From positions 63,056,001 through 63,120,000 of the forward strand of contig CM059432.1 in assembly GCA_030390025.1 (NCBI GenBank): a stretch of 64,000 nt of DNA, in the 5' to 3' direction. The notes below the pieces were generated by a model, which made no database searches, was not told where the DNA came from, and saw nothing but the letters and a program-made list of their open reading frames with translations. Shown here piece by piece: positions 26,101 through 39,115 of this stretch. The stretch is from Squalus acanthias (taxonomy: Eukaryota). Position 1 is the first letter of the stretch. Each line of letters begins with the position of its first letter. A program made the translations under genes and the position numbers.

Positions 26101-26772
26101 TGCTTGTCTATCATCATACCTTTTAATGTAGTTTCCCAATCTACCTTAGCCAACTCGCCCTCATACCTACGTAGTTTGCTTTGTTTAGATGTAAGACCCT
26201 AGTTTCGGATTTAACTAAATCACTTTCAAACTTAATATAAATTCTATCATATTATGGTCACTCTTCCCTAAGGGCCCATTTACTACAAGGTTATTAATTA
26301 ACCCTTTCTTATTGCACAATACTAGATCTAAAATAACTTGTTCCCTAGTTGGTTCCTCAACATACTGATCTAGAAAACTATCTTGCATACATTCCATGAA
26401 TTTGTCCTCCACACTATTACTACAAATTTGGTTTGCCCAGTCTATATGAAGATTAAAATCCCCCATGATTACTGTATTACCCTTGTTACATGCACCTCTA
26501 ATTTCCTGATTTATACTCTGCCCTACATTACAACTACTGTTTGGGGGCCTATAAACCACTCCCACCACTGTTTTCTGCTCCTTGCTGTTTCTTAGCTCCA
26601 CCCAAACTGATTCTACTTCTTGATTTTCAGAGCTAAGATCCTTTCTCTCTACTGTCTTTACCCCATCCTTTATTATCAGGGTTACCCCTCCTCCTTTTCC
26701 ATTTTGCCTATCTCTTCTAAAAGTTAAGTATCCTGGAATATTTAGTTCCCAACCTTGGCCACTTTGCAACCA
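23113..26772 (-). mobile_element. CR1-clade LINE, 5'-truncated within the endonuclease, decayed, interrupted by a Harbinger MITE
   Basis: Endonuclease GVVYRPP, MGDFN, SDH (26215-26769). RT LDFQKAFNKVPH, GVPQESVLGP, FAAD (23600-24403). C-terminus 23204-23575; CR1 3'UTR at 23125-23205. Confidence 0.95.
24822..25698. mobile_element. Harbinger-type non-autonomous element (877 bp) inserted in CR1 ORF2
   Basis: Ends GGCCGGAATTTT and AAAATCGCGGCC, TSD AAA/AAA. Removing it restores the CR1 peptide (NKYF-LSVFMEED). Contains ORF2 5' region homology (GAGTCACTGGAGAGCCTGGGTGCA). Confidence 0.9.
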
Positions 26773-27324
26773 AGTGTGTTAATATTAAGTGTGTTAATAT
26801 TAAGTGTATTAAGCATTCATATGTGAACTTCACTGATCAGAAAGTTCTTCCCTACAAACTCACATAGTTGCCCCATAATCAGTGCATGAAAGCTTTCTGT
26901 TCCTCAAATCGGTATGTTTTGAAGATATTTAATATTGTGGAGTGGAGATGGATATCAACACTTGTGGTTTATGTAGTCAGGACTTGTACCCCACATCCCT
27001 GTGCTCTGCTTTTCATTGGCAGGAACCCAAGAGGTGAGAGCTGTGTGTACGTTCACAAGTCAAACATTATTGACATCATTCTTTGCTGCAAAAAGTTGAT
27101 ACCTTCAGAACAAATGGCATGTTGTGTTCAGAGAAGGACATGGGATATTCTAATGGAGACATTGTAGATCACAAAAATAACAAACTTCTTCTCAAAATTA
27201 AAGTGCTAGCAACAAGATGTTACTGCTGATATCCACATTGTATCCAATAAATCTTCAAAACCTAACATCTGCTGTAGTTTAAATGTTGGACGGTAAAACC
27301 TAAGGGAATTACTTTAATACTAAA

Positions 27325-27680
27325 GAAAGGTTTTGCATTTATATAGTGCCTTTCATAATCTCAGGATTTCCCAAAGTACTTTACAACCAATGAAATATTT
27401 TTGAAGTGCAGTCACTGCTGTAGTGTAGGGAAACACAGCAGCCAATTTGCGCACAAGGTCCCACAAACAGCAATATGATAATGACCAGATAATCTGTTTT
27501 AGTGAAAAATATTGGCCCCCGCCTTTCTTAGAACAGTGCTATGGGATCTTTTACATTCACCTGAGATTGTTTAATGTCTCATCCAAAAGAAAACACTTCT
27601 AACAACTGAAGTGTCGGCCTAGATTTTGTGCTCAAGTCTCTGAGTGCAATCAGTGTGCTACCACTGAGCCACAGCTGACA
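27325..27680 (-). mobile_element. Deu-domain SINE, decayed
   Basis: Reverse complement of the 8764-9225 SINE with internal deletions; box A as CCACTGAGCCA on + at ~27661. Confidence 0.75.
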
Positions 27681-28735
27681 CTAAATTAAAGAGAGGCTTG
27701 CACTTCTTGACAAGTTCAAAAAGTTAGTCCTGATTCCTCTATTAAGGACATATTAGACTTTGTAATATTGGATGTGCTCTTCAGTTAGCTGTTAGTACAC
27801 TGAGGTGTCCAAGAGCACACATGTGAAAATACTGCTGACAGGTCTGGTAAATGCCTGGGAGCTACACTTCCTGGGGTTAATTAGGTGATTAAGTGATCAG
27901 GTACAGACTTACTAAAGTGCATTGTAATGTTTCTGCGGTGACAGTGAATTCACAGACTCAGCTCATTCTTTCTAGGTGGCAAATGGTGGAGCCGTTGACC
28001 TGTGTTCCAATGATGTGATGATTTGAGGCTCAGCACAGTGGAACCATTTGACATCTTCTCACCTGTAGGCTTTAATAACTGCTTCACAGAGCAAGGGTCT
28101 TGATGACAGTGACTGACCCAAAGAACAACTGTCTCTTAGTGACTTCTGATAACTGCAGCCTCTTGCCGTCATCTATCAGGATGTTCAAATCACAAATATT
28201 GTGGGAACTAGCTAGAGTCAGAACGAATGAAGCACAAATTAGTCATAAATGTGGTTGGTTGTTTTTGTCTGTCAGTTTAAACTACTTTTGTGTAAATAAG
28301 CTTCTGTGAGCTGTCACATCCAACAGGAATTTTACTCGGTGAAGCCTAATTTGCCTGTAGGGTGTTTTCTAATTCAGAAAAGCTGAACATTAGGAGTGTC
28401 CCTGTCATTCAGAGTGGAATGAGTCTGGTTTGAAGATTCTAACTTGACGTGTTTGAGAAGGAGGAGAGAGAACAAGGTGCAGAGATATATAACACTTAAG
28501 GACAGCGTGGGAATGAAATTACTCATTAAGGTGCCTAACATTCCTGTTTTTGTTAATATTAGTGAAGAAGTAGGTGTGAGTAAAAAGTGGTACAATGGTG
28601 GTAGAAAGTGCCAACGGACTATTTGACCATGCTAAGTGCTGATCTGAGGATTACTCTTCAAAAAAGAGACCATATGTGAAACATAAGTAAAAAGTTAAGG
28701 TCTTGCAAGTTGCACAGCCAAATTTAAAAGTATGC

Positions 28736-29130
28736 GGGCTAAAAATCCACGGCTGTTCCGAGCACTTCAGCCATAATTCCAGCAGGGGGTGTACCGGAAG
28801 GGCTGGAATTAAGGCATGGCAGAGAGATGAGCTGGTGTCCTGGACTGCCCACACCCACCATTGTATTAGAAACTGTATCATCAGTACCTGCCACACCTAC
28901 CTGACAACGACTGAAAGGAACTGCCTCTTCAGGCTCAGGATAAGCACGGAGGTAGTTGCAGAGTTGTATGATCTGCTGTAAGGCCATCGGCAGGAAACCT
29001 GCACCACAGTGGAAATTGAGGTCATCTCCCTCCTCAATACTTATGTCTACACATTCTTTCAGGTGAGGAGAAGGATCACCTGCAATATCAACCAAATGGC
29101 TAAAGCATTATTCAGTACAGCCAATACTTA
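28736..29130 (+). pseudogene. Highly decayed Harbinger left end and transposase N-terminus
   Basis: TERNCLFRLRISTEVVAELYDLL resembles [23 protein letters not shown] of the transposase at 57756. Confidence 0.55.
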
Positions 29131-30470
29131 CGGCTTCTTTTACATTCTTTTACAGTTAGAAAGAAAGAAAAAGAACGAACTTGCGTTTATATATAATGCC
29201 TTGCACATCTTCAGGGCATCCCAAAGCAGTTCACAGCCGATGAGATATTTTTGAATCTACTCTGAAAGACGACACCTCCTACAGGGCAGCATTTCATTAG
29301 TATTGCCCTGAAATGTCCACAGCATAGCATAGCTGCCAAATTTCTTTGCATTGCTGGATTCTCCAAAGTCTAAGGGGGTAATGATGGCACCCATTAGACC
29401 TACTGGACACAAAGATATAAGTCCTGGCCTACGTAAACATTTCATGGCTACACAACCTTACTTCTTGTTGTCATATTTTTGTCACACTCTTGTCTCAGCT
29501 CTTTCCATTATAATTTCCTATGTCCACATTTATAATGGGAACTCCCTATGTAAACTGGTCACGCTGTAATGGCACTCTCCTGCTAGTGGTAGTGCTGTAG
29601 TGTCTCAGTTTTGCAATGCCCAACTTCCCAGCCTGTACTGCAGAGAAACTCCTATGCTCCAATAAACTTTACCTCTCTGTTTCTCAAATTGCTGTACTTG
29701 TTAACTAGAAGAAAATATAAAATCAAAATATTGTGCAAAAATGAGGACAGAATGTATGACTTTAAAAAGGGGACTGAACTATATCTGCAAGCCCTGGTCC
29801 AATTATCCAAAGCCTCTAACCTTGCTTGACCTGTGGACTACACTGGATCTTGACTCCCAATGTGCAATGCTACAGGAGATCGACGAATAGAAAGACAAAG
29901 GTTAACTTTGTTTCTCTGTTTTGTGATATGTGTATGTTATTTTGGTGTTTTGTGCCCTAGTGCCTCTTCTTAGTGAAAATGTATTGTGTGTGCCTTTTTC
30001 CTCTTAATCTGTGAGTTCTTCTAAATGACCCCAGTGAAAGGCCTAAGTGTGGTGGTTCGGTGCTGGGACTCAGTGGGACCCACTTGGATATGATACGGCT
30101 CTGGAGTTCCTTGTGCTGAGTCAGCCCAAGAAACCAGCAGCATTAAAATGGCTGCGGGGTGGAAGATGAGCGGTATGTGTACTGCTTGGATTTTACTTAC
30201 TGTTAACTCCAAGCGGTGAAAGTTAAAATTTACCCTAAAGAGTTCCTTCCTACAGTACATTCAATTCCCATCATGAATGTACGCAATTTCCAGAATCCTT
30301 CTATTTTCATGACTAAAACTTTAATTTTACAACCTTCCTAACATTTCTCTGCATCAGTACAAAATTTGTGCGCATTAACGCTGATAAAAATAGACTGTGT
30401 TAAACAGATGAGAACATTTTTATTAATTAATGGTGCTTGGGTGCCCTTTGGAGCAGTCACGGGTCAGGAC

Positions 30471-30748
30471 AGGCTCTGCAATATGCTCCAGCTCATGTGC
30501 CCTGTAAAGTTTAAACCTGCTGTGTTGCACAACTTTGTCCTCCAAAAAGGCCTGTAAAGGCCTCCAGAAAAGAGTCCTTGGTTTGACAGTCATCTTGATG
30601 CTCTCCTCCATGTATTTCTGCCTTGAAAGCAACTAGGGCCACCTCCCCAGGACTATCCATTTCCAGGCCTTTTTGGAGGGCAATGTTGTACAGGACACAG
30701 CAGGTTAAAACTATGCGGGACACATGAGCTGGAAATATTGCAGAGCCT
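30471..30748. repeat. Inverted duplication of a Harbinger transposase C-terminal fragment
   Basis: Arms ~30471-30555 (+) and ~30662-30748 (-) are roughly 80% reverse-complementary by eye. The minus arm encodes RIVLTCCVLYNIALQKGL (CxxLHN motif). Confidence 0.75.
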
Positions 30749-32628
30749 CTCCTGATGTTTTAAGGCACACAGGGAGCACACATCAGGGCAATAACATGAT
30801 CGCATCCATATAGACATTACCATATACAGAAAAGATAACTATGAATACATCACAAAGATAAGCACAGTTGAGTGAGCCCATTTGGCTCATCCAACTCATC
30901 CTCTGTAGGAATCTACAGTCACCACACCACAGCCTCCAAACTGCCTCTTGATTGCCACCTTCCCCTTCACAGAATTTGGTCAAATTGAACTACCTCAAAA
31001 TCATGTGAACTCCTCAGGTAGTGTGTATTAATGTGCATGGTTTTGAGTTGTTGCTTACATACTATCCGCACATTCAGAGAGTCTAGGGATTTCCTATGTT
31101 CTTGGATTATGAGATGGTACATTAATGACAATATGGGAACAGTCAGTAATGCCCTGCACTTTGAGGAAGTGGGTCAGCTGCTGGAAGCCAAGCTGTCTTT
31201 GCTTCTGCTGCTGGTTGCTGCTGATCTCATTGAACTGGCTCACCTTTAGTCATGTTACAAACGCAGGTGCTTTCTGCATAGTGGCTGCTTCCTGTCAAGT
31301 CTCTGGTGGTGTCTGGAAGGTGACAGTGGCTCCCACTGCAGATTTACCCTCAGTAATCGGCATAACTCAATGATAGCTTCTTTGCTGAATCACAGCTTCA
31401 TCAAGTTCTGCTCCTTGGTGGGTTCGAACCTGACTCCAGAGCTATACTGTCACATTTGCATCTCTGCAAAATGGAAGCTGCTTCACAGCAAAGCAAAAGT
31501 GGCAGTCTCACTGCATCTTTAAATATCTAAACCAACAGTTAGCATGCAGAAGAAGGACTGAAGAAACAAGCACGTTAACTTCAGATGTACAGTGCAATAC
31601 TGAGAGCTGTGATTCATGTCTAAGACTGTTTTGACTGGCCCTCCCTATATATGGTAATAGCTAAGTGCTTGTTACAAGGGGCGTAACACAACTGAGTGAT
31701 CCAGAAAATGTCATAAACCACACGAGGGAAACATGAGCAGTTTGTGAAATCATTTGAACCCCTAGATATTTTGTTACAGCTGGGAACATGGTGAATTGTT
31801 CTTTTATACAGTTATGTTGTGATTAGGTTCTTTTTGTACTTACCAGCGGTTACAGTGCTGGGATACAGCATCAACCACAAATGTACGCAGCGATGGTCTA
31901 CTGAAGACAGTGGCAATTTTCTCAGCTCACGATGAATTGTCACTGATATCGTTGGAACCAAATCCCAGAATGAGTCAGTTCCCTCAAGGAAGAAAACACA
32001 TGAATTGCTGAAATTTAATTCATTGAAAATTATATAATTGCCAATGTCTAATCTTGCTAACAAAGGCCCAAACATTAAAAGCAGGGTTATCGCCTGGCCT
32101 GAAAAAGGCCACTAAATATACCCTTCAAAAGGATTAACAGAAGAAACTAAACAAACTAAATTACTACTCATTCTAAATGTGTGTTCAGATGTTTAGAATT
32201 CTTTATTTTTCAGCTCTTGAAATTGTTTGCTTCTTATATATGACAACACTGCCAAGGCACTGCAAAATATCTGTTTGCCCCAGCATGTATTTAAAATGTT
32301 TACGTTCCAGAATTCCTCTTCTGTTGGATCTATTTTGTTCTTTTTACAAAATAGTGCACAAGTACCAAGGCAAGAAAATGAATGCAGCCCTTAAAAGAAA
32401 TCTATATTATTATTTGTAGTAGCTTAAATATTTTGTTGTTGTCTATTAGCCCAGTTACCTCAATTTGAGGATCTGAATTCAAAAGATTTTCAATCAAAGT
32501 ATAATATCGTTAGCATAGATAAAACCTTACAGACAGCCTGCAGTGTCAGCCTTGACTCACTGGTAACACTCTAACCCTTTGTCAGAAGGTCAGGGGTTCA
32601 AGCCTGACTCCAGAGACATGGACACATA

Positions 32629-33372
32629 GGCCCAGAAATTGATCTCGCTCTGTTCCCGCGGGGGTAAGCCTTCCCCGCGATGTCTCACCTCGCTTATGCT
32701 TTTTCTGATCCAGCTCGCACGAACTTGATGTTCCAGACATCAGCTGTGCTGGGCTTGCGTATCCCAGCGGCGTAGTGAATTCGTGCGAGCTGTGGGATCA
32801 CGTGACTCAGTTAGAGCCAATGGCAGCACACCATCTTCCATTCATAAGTCTCACAGCATGGCTGTGAGACTTATGAATCTTACACCCCCCCAAAATAACA
32901 GCTAAACCTCAATTAAATTTTAAAAAAATACCATCACATTAATAAAATAAGTATAGTTAATTAAATTAACCATTTTAAATAAAAAATAAAATTTTTGAAA
33001 AAATTTAAAATCTTTTAAAAAGTTATAAAAATAAACTTACCTGTCTTTAAAGTCTATAAAAAAGATATACCTGTAAAAAAAAATTCAAAAAAATACTTAA
33101 TTCACTACTTACCTTCTTAAAAGCGGGTCTTACTCCTCCTTTTTACATTTCCAAAATCTTCCCTACTTACCTGCGCGTCCAAAGCATGAAGTGCACAGCG
33201 TGCGTGCAGCCTGTAGCGCACACGCGATGCACCCAGGCCCCGCCCCCTTTTCGGAAGAGCAATTGCCGGTTTTCAGCGCATGCGCAGGGCATGCAGAAAA
33301 CCGGCAATTGGAGTGGGAATACGCGAGAGTATGCAGTGCGTACTCTCGCGTCCCGGGATCAATTTTCGGCCC
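32629..33372. mobile_element. Harbinger-type MITE (744 bp; GC-rich ends, very AT-rich core)
   Basis: Ends GGCCCAGAAATTG and CAATTTTCGGCCC, TSD ATA/ATA, inserted in a SINE. Confidence 0.85.
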
Positions 33373-33757
33373 ATAATCTAGGCTGATGTTTCTGTGCAGT
33401 ACTAAGGGAGTACTATACCTTTGGAGATGCTGGGGGCTAAATTGGATAGCCCTTGAAAATGGGCGCAGGGATCGTGATGTGCGATTACTCCGCGCCCGTT
33501 TGATGTAATGCAGACAGCACGGTATCTTCATGCTGCCTGCTCATTATCATGATTTCTGTGTACAGCCAGCGCTAACCATGCTGTTGATTGGCTGCACACA
33601 TCAGGAGGGGTCCAAAATTTTAACTTGCTAGCACTAGTTAAAGCTAGCCTGCATTGCTTAAAGCTAACCTGCACCTCTTAAAGGTGAGGTGCATTGTGAT
33701 TGGAGCAGGTGCTGGAAGTCCTTTATAAACTGAATCTGATTTGGGAAAGAGAGAAGA

Positions 33758-34530
33758 TTGGCTGAACATGGGAGAGAACGGGCACCCAGGTTTTCCAACG
33801 CTGCACTGGAGGTCTTGGTGGAGGAGGTGGATAGGAGGAGAGACATCCTGTATCTGCAGGGGGCCAGGAGGCTCTCCAGACACACGATGAGAAGACAATG
33901 CCAGCTATTCAACCATGACAGCCACATCACCCAAACATATTGCACGACACTCACTGACACAGTTCCCTCTCTCTTGCACAGGGCTTTGTGCAGAGCTTGG
34001 AGCCCATCCTTTCCAGCATGGAACTGGTGGCCAACTCCATCAACACACTTGTGGACGCAACCACGATGCAGCGTCTGATGGCCAATGTCTCAGCTTCCAT
34101 TGCAGCACAAGCAGCTTCCACCAAAAGTCTGAGTGCTGCAGTGGAAGCTCAGACTGAAGCCATGCAAACTCAGACTGCTGCCATTGTGGCTGCGGATGCT
34201 AGTGTTCAAAGGGACTTGCAGGGTGTCGCAGCAGTCCCGCAATTTGTCCTCCAACAGATTACTATGATTGCTGAGTTGTCGCCCCGGTGGAGTGGCAGTA
34301 GCTCCATGGAGCACAAGCCTGCTGTCCTTTCTCAGGATGACAGCATTCATGCTCCCATCCCTGCCACTCTGCCAGTGCCCTTGCTGTTGCCTGTCAGCCA
34401 GACCTTCTAGGCCCAGAGGTACTTGAGGTTGTACTGCAATCTGCATCTGCAGTCTCCCTCACTGAAAGTCAGCAGCCTTCTGCCAGCCACTGGGGTAGCA
34501 CTGCATAGGAGTACTAAAACAGGCAAAGGC
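33758..34530 (+). pseudogene. Harbinger ORF2 (Myb/SANT plus coiled-coil-like region) remnant
   Basis: RERAPRFSNAALEVLVEEVDRRRDILY, then a deletion, then the Ala/Gln-rich helical segment in ORF 33988-34410. Confidence 0.75.
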
Positions 34531-34769
34531 ACATGAAAGACAGGCACTAAGGGAATGCACAATGATGATTAGTTTAAGTTTGGATGCTATATGGCATGAT
34601 TTCATTTATAAATTTAGTTTGGAATGTTTATTTTGTGTTGGCTTTTATTTTTGCATTGTACCAGGAGGACAAAGTGATGGTCAGTGACAGAGGGAAGGTA
34701 AGGAGTGTGGGCTTGTTGGTGAATAGGGCATTGGGGTTCTTTATGTACAGCCCAGGCAGAAAGGGGCTG

Positions 34770-35900
34770 TCTAGGTTGCCATCTCCCTTCCTCTTCCTCC
34801 TCTTCCGCCTCCTCCTCTTCAATGTCCTTCGCTTCCACCGCCTCCTCATGCTCCTGCTCCTAAGCTTCTCGCCTGAAAGGTGGTGGCAAGGGCTGTTCTC
34901 TCATAATGGCAAGGTTGTGAAGCATGCAGCATACCACCACAAATCTTGAGACCTGCTCACCCGAATACTGCAGGGCTCCTCCCATGCGGTCCAGGCAGCG
35001 GAATTGTTACTTCAGCATGCAAATGGTCTGCTCTATCACATTTCTTGTGACAGCATGGCTCTCATTGTATGCATGCTGCGCATGTGTGCGTGGGTTGCGA
35101 ACCGGAGTCATGAGCCATGTCGTCAGCGGATAGCCCTTGTTGGCCAGTAGCCACCCTTTGTTTAGTCATAATGGCTGACATGCAGCTGGCACAGTGAACT
35201 GACGCAAAATGAAGGCATCGTGATTGCTGCCAGGATACCAGGCATTGAACTGTGTGATGTGCTGCCTATGGTCACACACAAACTGCACGTTGAGGGAGTG
35301 GAATCTCTTTTGGTTCCGGTACATTGCAGAATTGACATGCGGCGCCTGCAAAGCAATGTGCATGCAGTCAATGGCACCCTGCACCATGGGAAAGTCTGCA
35401 AACCTTGCAAACCCTCGTGCTCGCTCCGCTTGCTTGTCTCTGGCAAGAGGGAATGAAATGAAATTCTCTCTTTGACTAGAGAACCTCAGTGACCTCCCTT
35501 ATGCAACAGTGGACTGCAAACTGAAAGATGTTTCTAATATCTCCAGAACCAGCCTAGAATGAGCCAGACGCATCAAAGTTCCTCGCCACGGTCACTTTCA
35601 CAACCACTGGCATTGCAGTCCTTCCCCTGCTCTGAGGTTGGAGTTGTGGCTGCAGCAGTTGGCAGATTTCAGTCACAACCTCCTTAGTGAAGCGGAGACA
35701 TCTCAAATATTGGTTGTCACTGAGGTTCGGGTAGGAGAATTGCTCCCTGAACACCCTGGGCGGATATGACCACCTACTGAGAGCCCTTCTTCCCCTCTTC
35801 CTCCTCCCTCTTCTAGCAGCTTGTCCTGCTCTGCTAGGCCTCTGCTCATTCTCCCAGTCATGCTCAATTCCAAGAGGAAGGCCTACTAGGCACTGATGTC
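34770..35900 (-). pseudogene. Harbinger DDE transposase pseudogene (HARBI1-like)
   Basis: LRFTKEVVTEICQLL, KVTVARNFDASGSF, VQGAIDCMHIAL, FHSLNVQFVCD, YPGSNHDAFIL and an acidic tail, spread across several frames. Confidence 0.9.
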
Positions 35901-36860
35901 TGGGAGCAACTGGATTGTGCAGAAGCCTTGAAGTCAGCAAAAAGTACTTCAACACCTGCCACACCACTTCCTGTAGACTTTTGAAACTTGAATTAACTAT
36001 GTAAAGCACCAAAAACGTATAGAATTGTAGCAACAGCCAGAAGCAATAAACCAGTAACTACCCTGTAAATAGCGCTGGTGGTGGGGTGGGTGGGTGGGGG
36101 TCCTTCATGCTGCTTAACATAATATTCAGCTGTGCGAGGTTAAGAGAGAGTGTTGGCTGGAGCGTGGAGCTCCAAAGTGGCAGCGCTGGTGTCAAATCAG
36201 CATTCCAAGCTGATTGACGTCATGATTTGCCTGCTCTGCATACTTCCGACGGTCATTTGCTACACGTGCCCTGATGCCTTCACCAAGATGGCATCTGGCA
36301 TGCTTTGCATCAGAAGTGTGAGCGTGCGCTGTGGATGTCATTTTGGATCTTGAACGGCGCTACCAAGCCCAATTTCTCACCCGCACTCTTTTGGATGTGA
36401 CATTAAATCGAGGCCCTGTTAGGTGGATGTAAAATATCTCAAGGCACTATTCGAATAAGAGCAGAGGAAGTCTCTTGGTGTCCTGGCCACCATTTATCCA
36501 TCAATTAACATCACTAATACAAATTAGCTGGTCATTTATCCCATTGCTGTTTGTGGGACATATCTGTGTGCAAATTGACTGTCACATTTCCCTATGTTAA
36601 AACAGTTATTACACTTCAAAAGTACTTCAGAGGATGGTAAAGGTGCTATATAAATGCAAGTTCTTTCTTGCATTTTTTTTTAGTCATATATGTAAACTAG
36701 GAGTACAGGCCTAAATAGTCCTTGGGGCACAAAGTATGGAATACTTTTCAGCCTCAGTTACAAAGCTAACTTTATTATAGCTATCTGACGTATAAAATGA
36801 CAACTATAGTTTAGAGGTATTATTAAAACTAAATATATGAAGCATAAGATGTAAAATATT

Positions 36861-37543
36861 GAGCTGTAATTTGCGGCCCCTACGGGTGTGTACGAGGTGT
36901 GCACACGCCCGTAAGGGCCGCGCAAGTTCTGGGTTTTGGCATGCGCTGCGCACGCGCTAAAACCGGGAACTTGTGATGTGTCAAGAATTCTCTTGACACA
37001 ATCATCCGCATCCCCGGGAAAAGGGCCTCCGCGGGCGGAGGATTCTGCCCAGCGAATGCCTGTGAAATTCTTATGCTAGGTGTAAGAGTTTTAAAAAACA
37101 GAAAAATAAAATTTGATCAGTAACAATACATTTAAAAACCTGTGAAATAAGGTAAGTTTATTTTTAGCCCCTTTAAAACATGTAAATTTATTTTTCCAAA
37201 AATTTAATTTTTGTTTTAAATATTTAATTAAATGCCATTTTAATTCATTTTAAATATGTGATTTTTATTTTATTTATTTGAAGTGTAGAGGTATTTTTTG
37301 GGGTCTTCCCATTCATACTTATGGGGTTTCCATACATATAAATATGAATGGGGATTCCCTCCTGTCATTCGTTGGTCCGGCCCACATGATCCCAGGGGCG
37401 CTCACAAACTGCCTGTGCCCCTGAGATACGTGGGCCTCTACCCGGAGAGGCCCAGGTCCACGAGTCTCCGTGGTCCCGAGGCCCCAGGTATGCGGGCATT
37501 TTATTTGCAGATTGGAGGCATTTCCGACCGCAAATTCAGGGCC
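36861..37543. mobile_element. Harbinger-type MITE (683 bp; AT-rich core family)
   Basis: Ends GAGCTGTAATTTGCG and CGCAAATTCAGGGCC, TSD ATT/ATT. Collinear with ~44750-45439. Confidence 0.85.
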
Positions 37544-38819
37544 ATTATGATTCAGGTATCTAAGGCCACTCTGAAGTCCAGAAAGATTCTTGTGAGCGAA
37601 GGCCCTTGTGAAAGGCAGTGTAAATTCTTCATTGAATTTAGTGAATGCTGAAAGGGTTGAATGTTGCAGTTGATGAGCCTGGAAAAAACTCAATTAGATA
37701 CATTTTAGATACAACAATAGTTGGTGGAATGGAGCCAAAATCATTATAAGGACCTGTTTTAAGAATAGGTCAAACCTTTATGTCCTTTAAATGCCATCGA
37801 AACACTGTTTGGTATTAAAATTAAAAACATAAAGCAATTGTGACGATATCTAGTGGGCTGCCAGCTTTAATATTTTGATACTTAAATTGTATAAATCCAG
37901 GATGAGTAAATAGTTTTGAGGTCACATTCCTTTATTTCACATTACTTGTTCTACACTAACACAATGGGTGGGAAAGTGTTGAATAATAAATTGGCTGACA
38001 TGTCACTTATTTTAATTAAAAAATTATTGAGGGAAATCCCTGATCTCTGATTCATGTCCTGTAATAATGAAATGGGTGCTAAACGTACTTGCCATACTTT
38101 AGTGTCAAAGGTTGCACTTTCTTTAGTTTATTGACTTGTTCACTAAAGTAAATTAGAGGAAAAGAGCAGATGCAGGTAAATATTCTGCAATTCATGACTT
38201 TTCTATAGTTTGGTTTGATTTTTTTCTTAATCGAAGTTTGCCTTGGTTTTCCAGGTTTGGTCAATGAAGGAATACCTCAAATTAAGATACTTTGGAGTTG
38301 AAATTGCACTCAGAGATCTCAGCAATGAATGTGTTAATGCATCTGTCTGCCTTTGGTAAAACAGTGGACAAGAGGAATTTCATATGACTGTGCAAATTGG
38401 TCCATTACCAATGTAGCACAGCATGATTTCAACTCTTAAGCTTTTAAACTTTCTTTTGGCTATTTAAATTTGTAACATTTCTGTTTCCAAAAAATAGTTG
38501 GGTGGTGCAATTGGTTAGCAACTCTCCTTTTATCCTCTGGGATCTGAGATAAATCCAATCCAGGTTGATGGGGTGAAAGTCTCCACTCGGCCAATTTGGG
38601 CAATTTTAATCTAGTTTTAATCAGTGTGGGTCCACAGATTTGTTTCTGAATTGACAATCTTACTCAGAGATGTATTAAGATGTTTTTCTGGTTAAAGCAA
38701 ATTGTTGGGATAGAGTAGAGGGAGCTTTACTCTACATATTGCCTTTCTGCATTGGACCTGAGAATGTTACATACTGATAATGAGTACCAGAAACAGATTT
38801 CTCCCTTTTTCTTTCTCCA

Positions 38820-39115
38820 CTTGAAGACAGTGACTCATACTTGGGTATGATTCCACAGTTGTTGGCAGCCCTCTAGAACCTTGCGCAAGTGACCATTCTT
38901 TATGTGTCAACCTAGACGGCGAATGATGATGAATATTCAGCTGTGGGTGTGAAGGGGGTCATCGACCTGAAACGTTAATTCTGTTTCTCTCTCCACGATG
39001 CTGCCTGACCTGCTGAGTATTTCCAGCATTTTCTGTTTTTATTTCTGGGAACTTTCTGGTTTGTATAAGCTCAATACCATATTGGGTGGCACTGTTACTC
39101 ACTGAGCCATTGGAG
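38820..39115 (-). mobile_element. Decayed tRNA-headed SINE containing a + strand Penelope terminal fragment (~38955-39046)
   Basis: SINE body like 8090-8425. The insert GGTCATCGACCTGAAACGTT...CTGTTTTTATTTC lacks the CTGA half of the hammerhead. Confidence 0.6.

Larger units (their letters stand above)
33432..36382. mobile_element. Decayed two-gene Harbinger transposon (2951 bp)
   Basis: Ends GGGGGCTAAATTGG and CCAATTTCTCACCC, flanked by GCT/GCA. ORF2 remnants on + and transposase remnants on -, convergent. Confidence 0.9.
32545..36670 (+). mobile_element. Deu-domain SINE split by two Harbinger insertions
   Basis: Head 32545-32628, middle 33373-33431, Deu core and tail 36383-36670. The joined pieces are collinear with the SINE at 8764-9225. 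Confidence 0.85.

Noticed and set aside
31844..31985. Minus-strand exon ending CTG|GTAAGT
   Set aside because: Good donor, but the acceptor is an atypical GAG and the peptide is unrecognisable.
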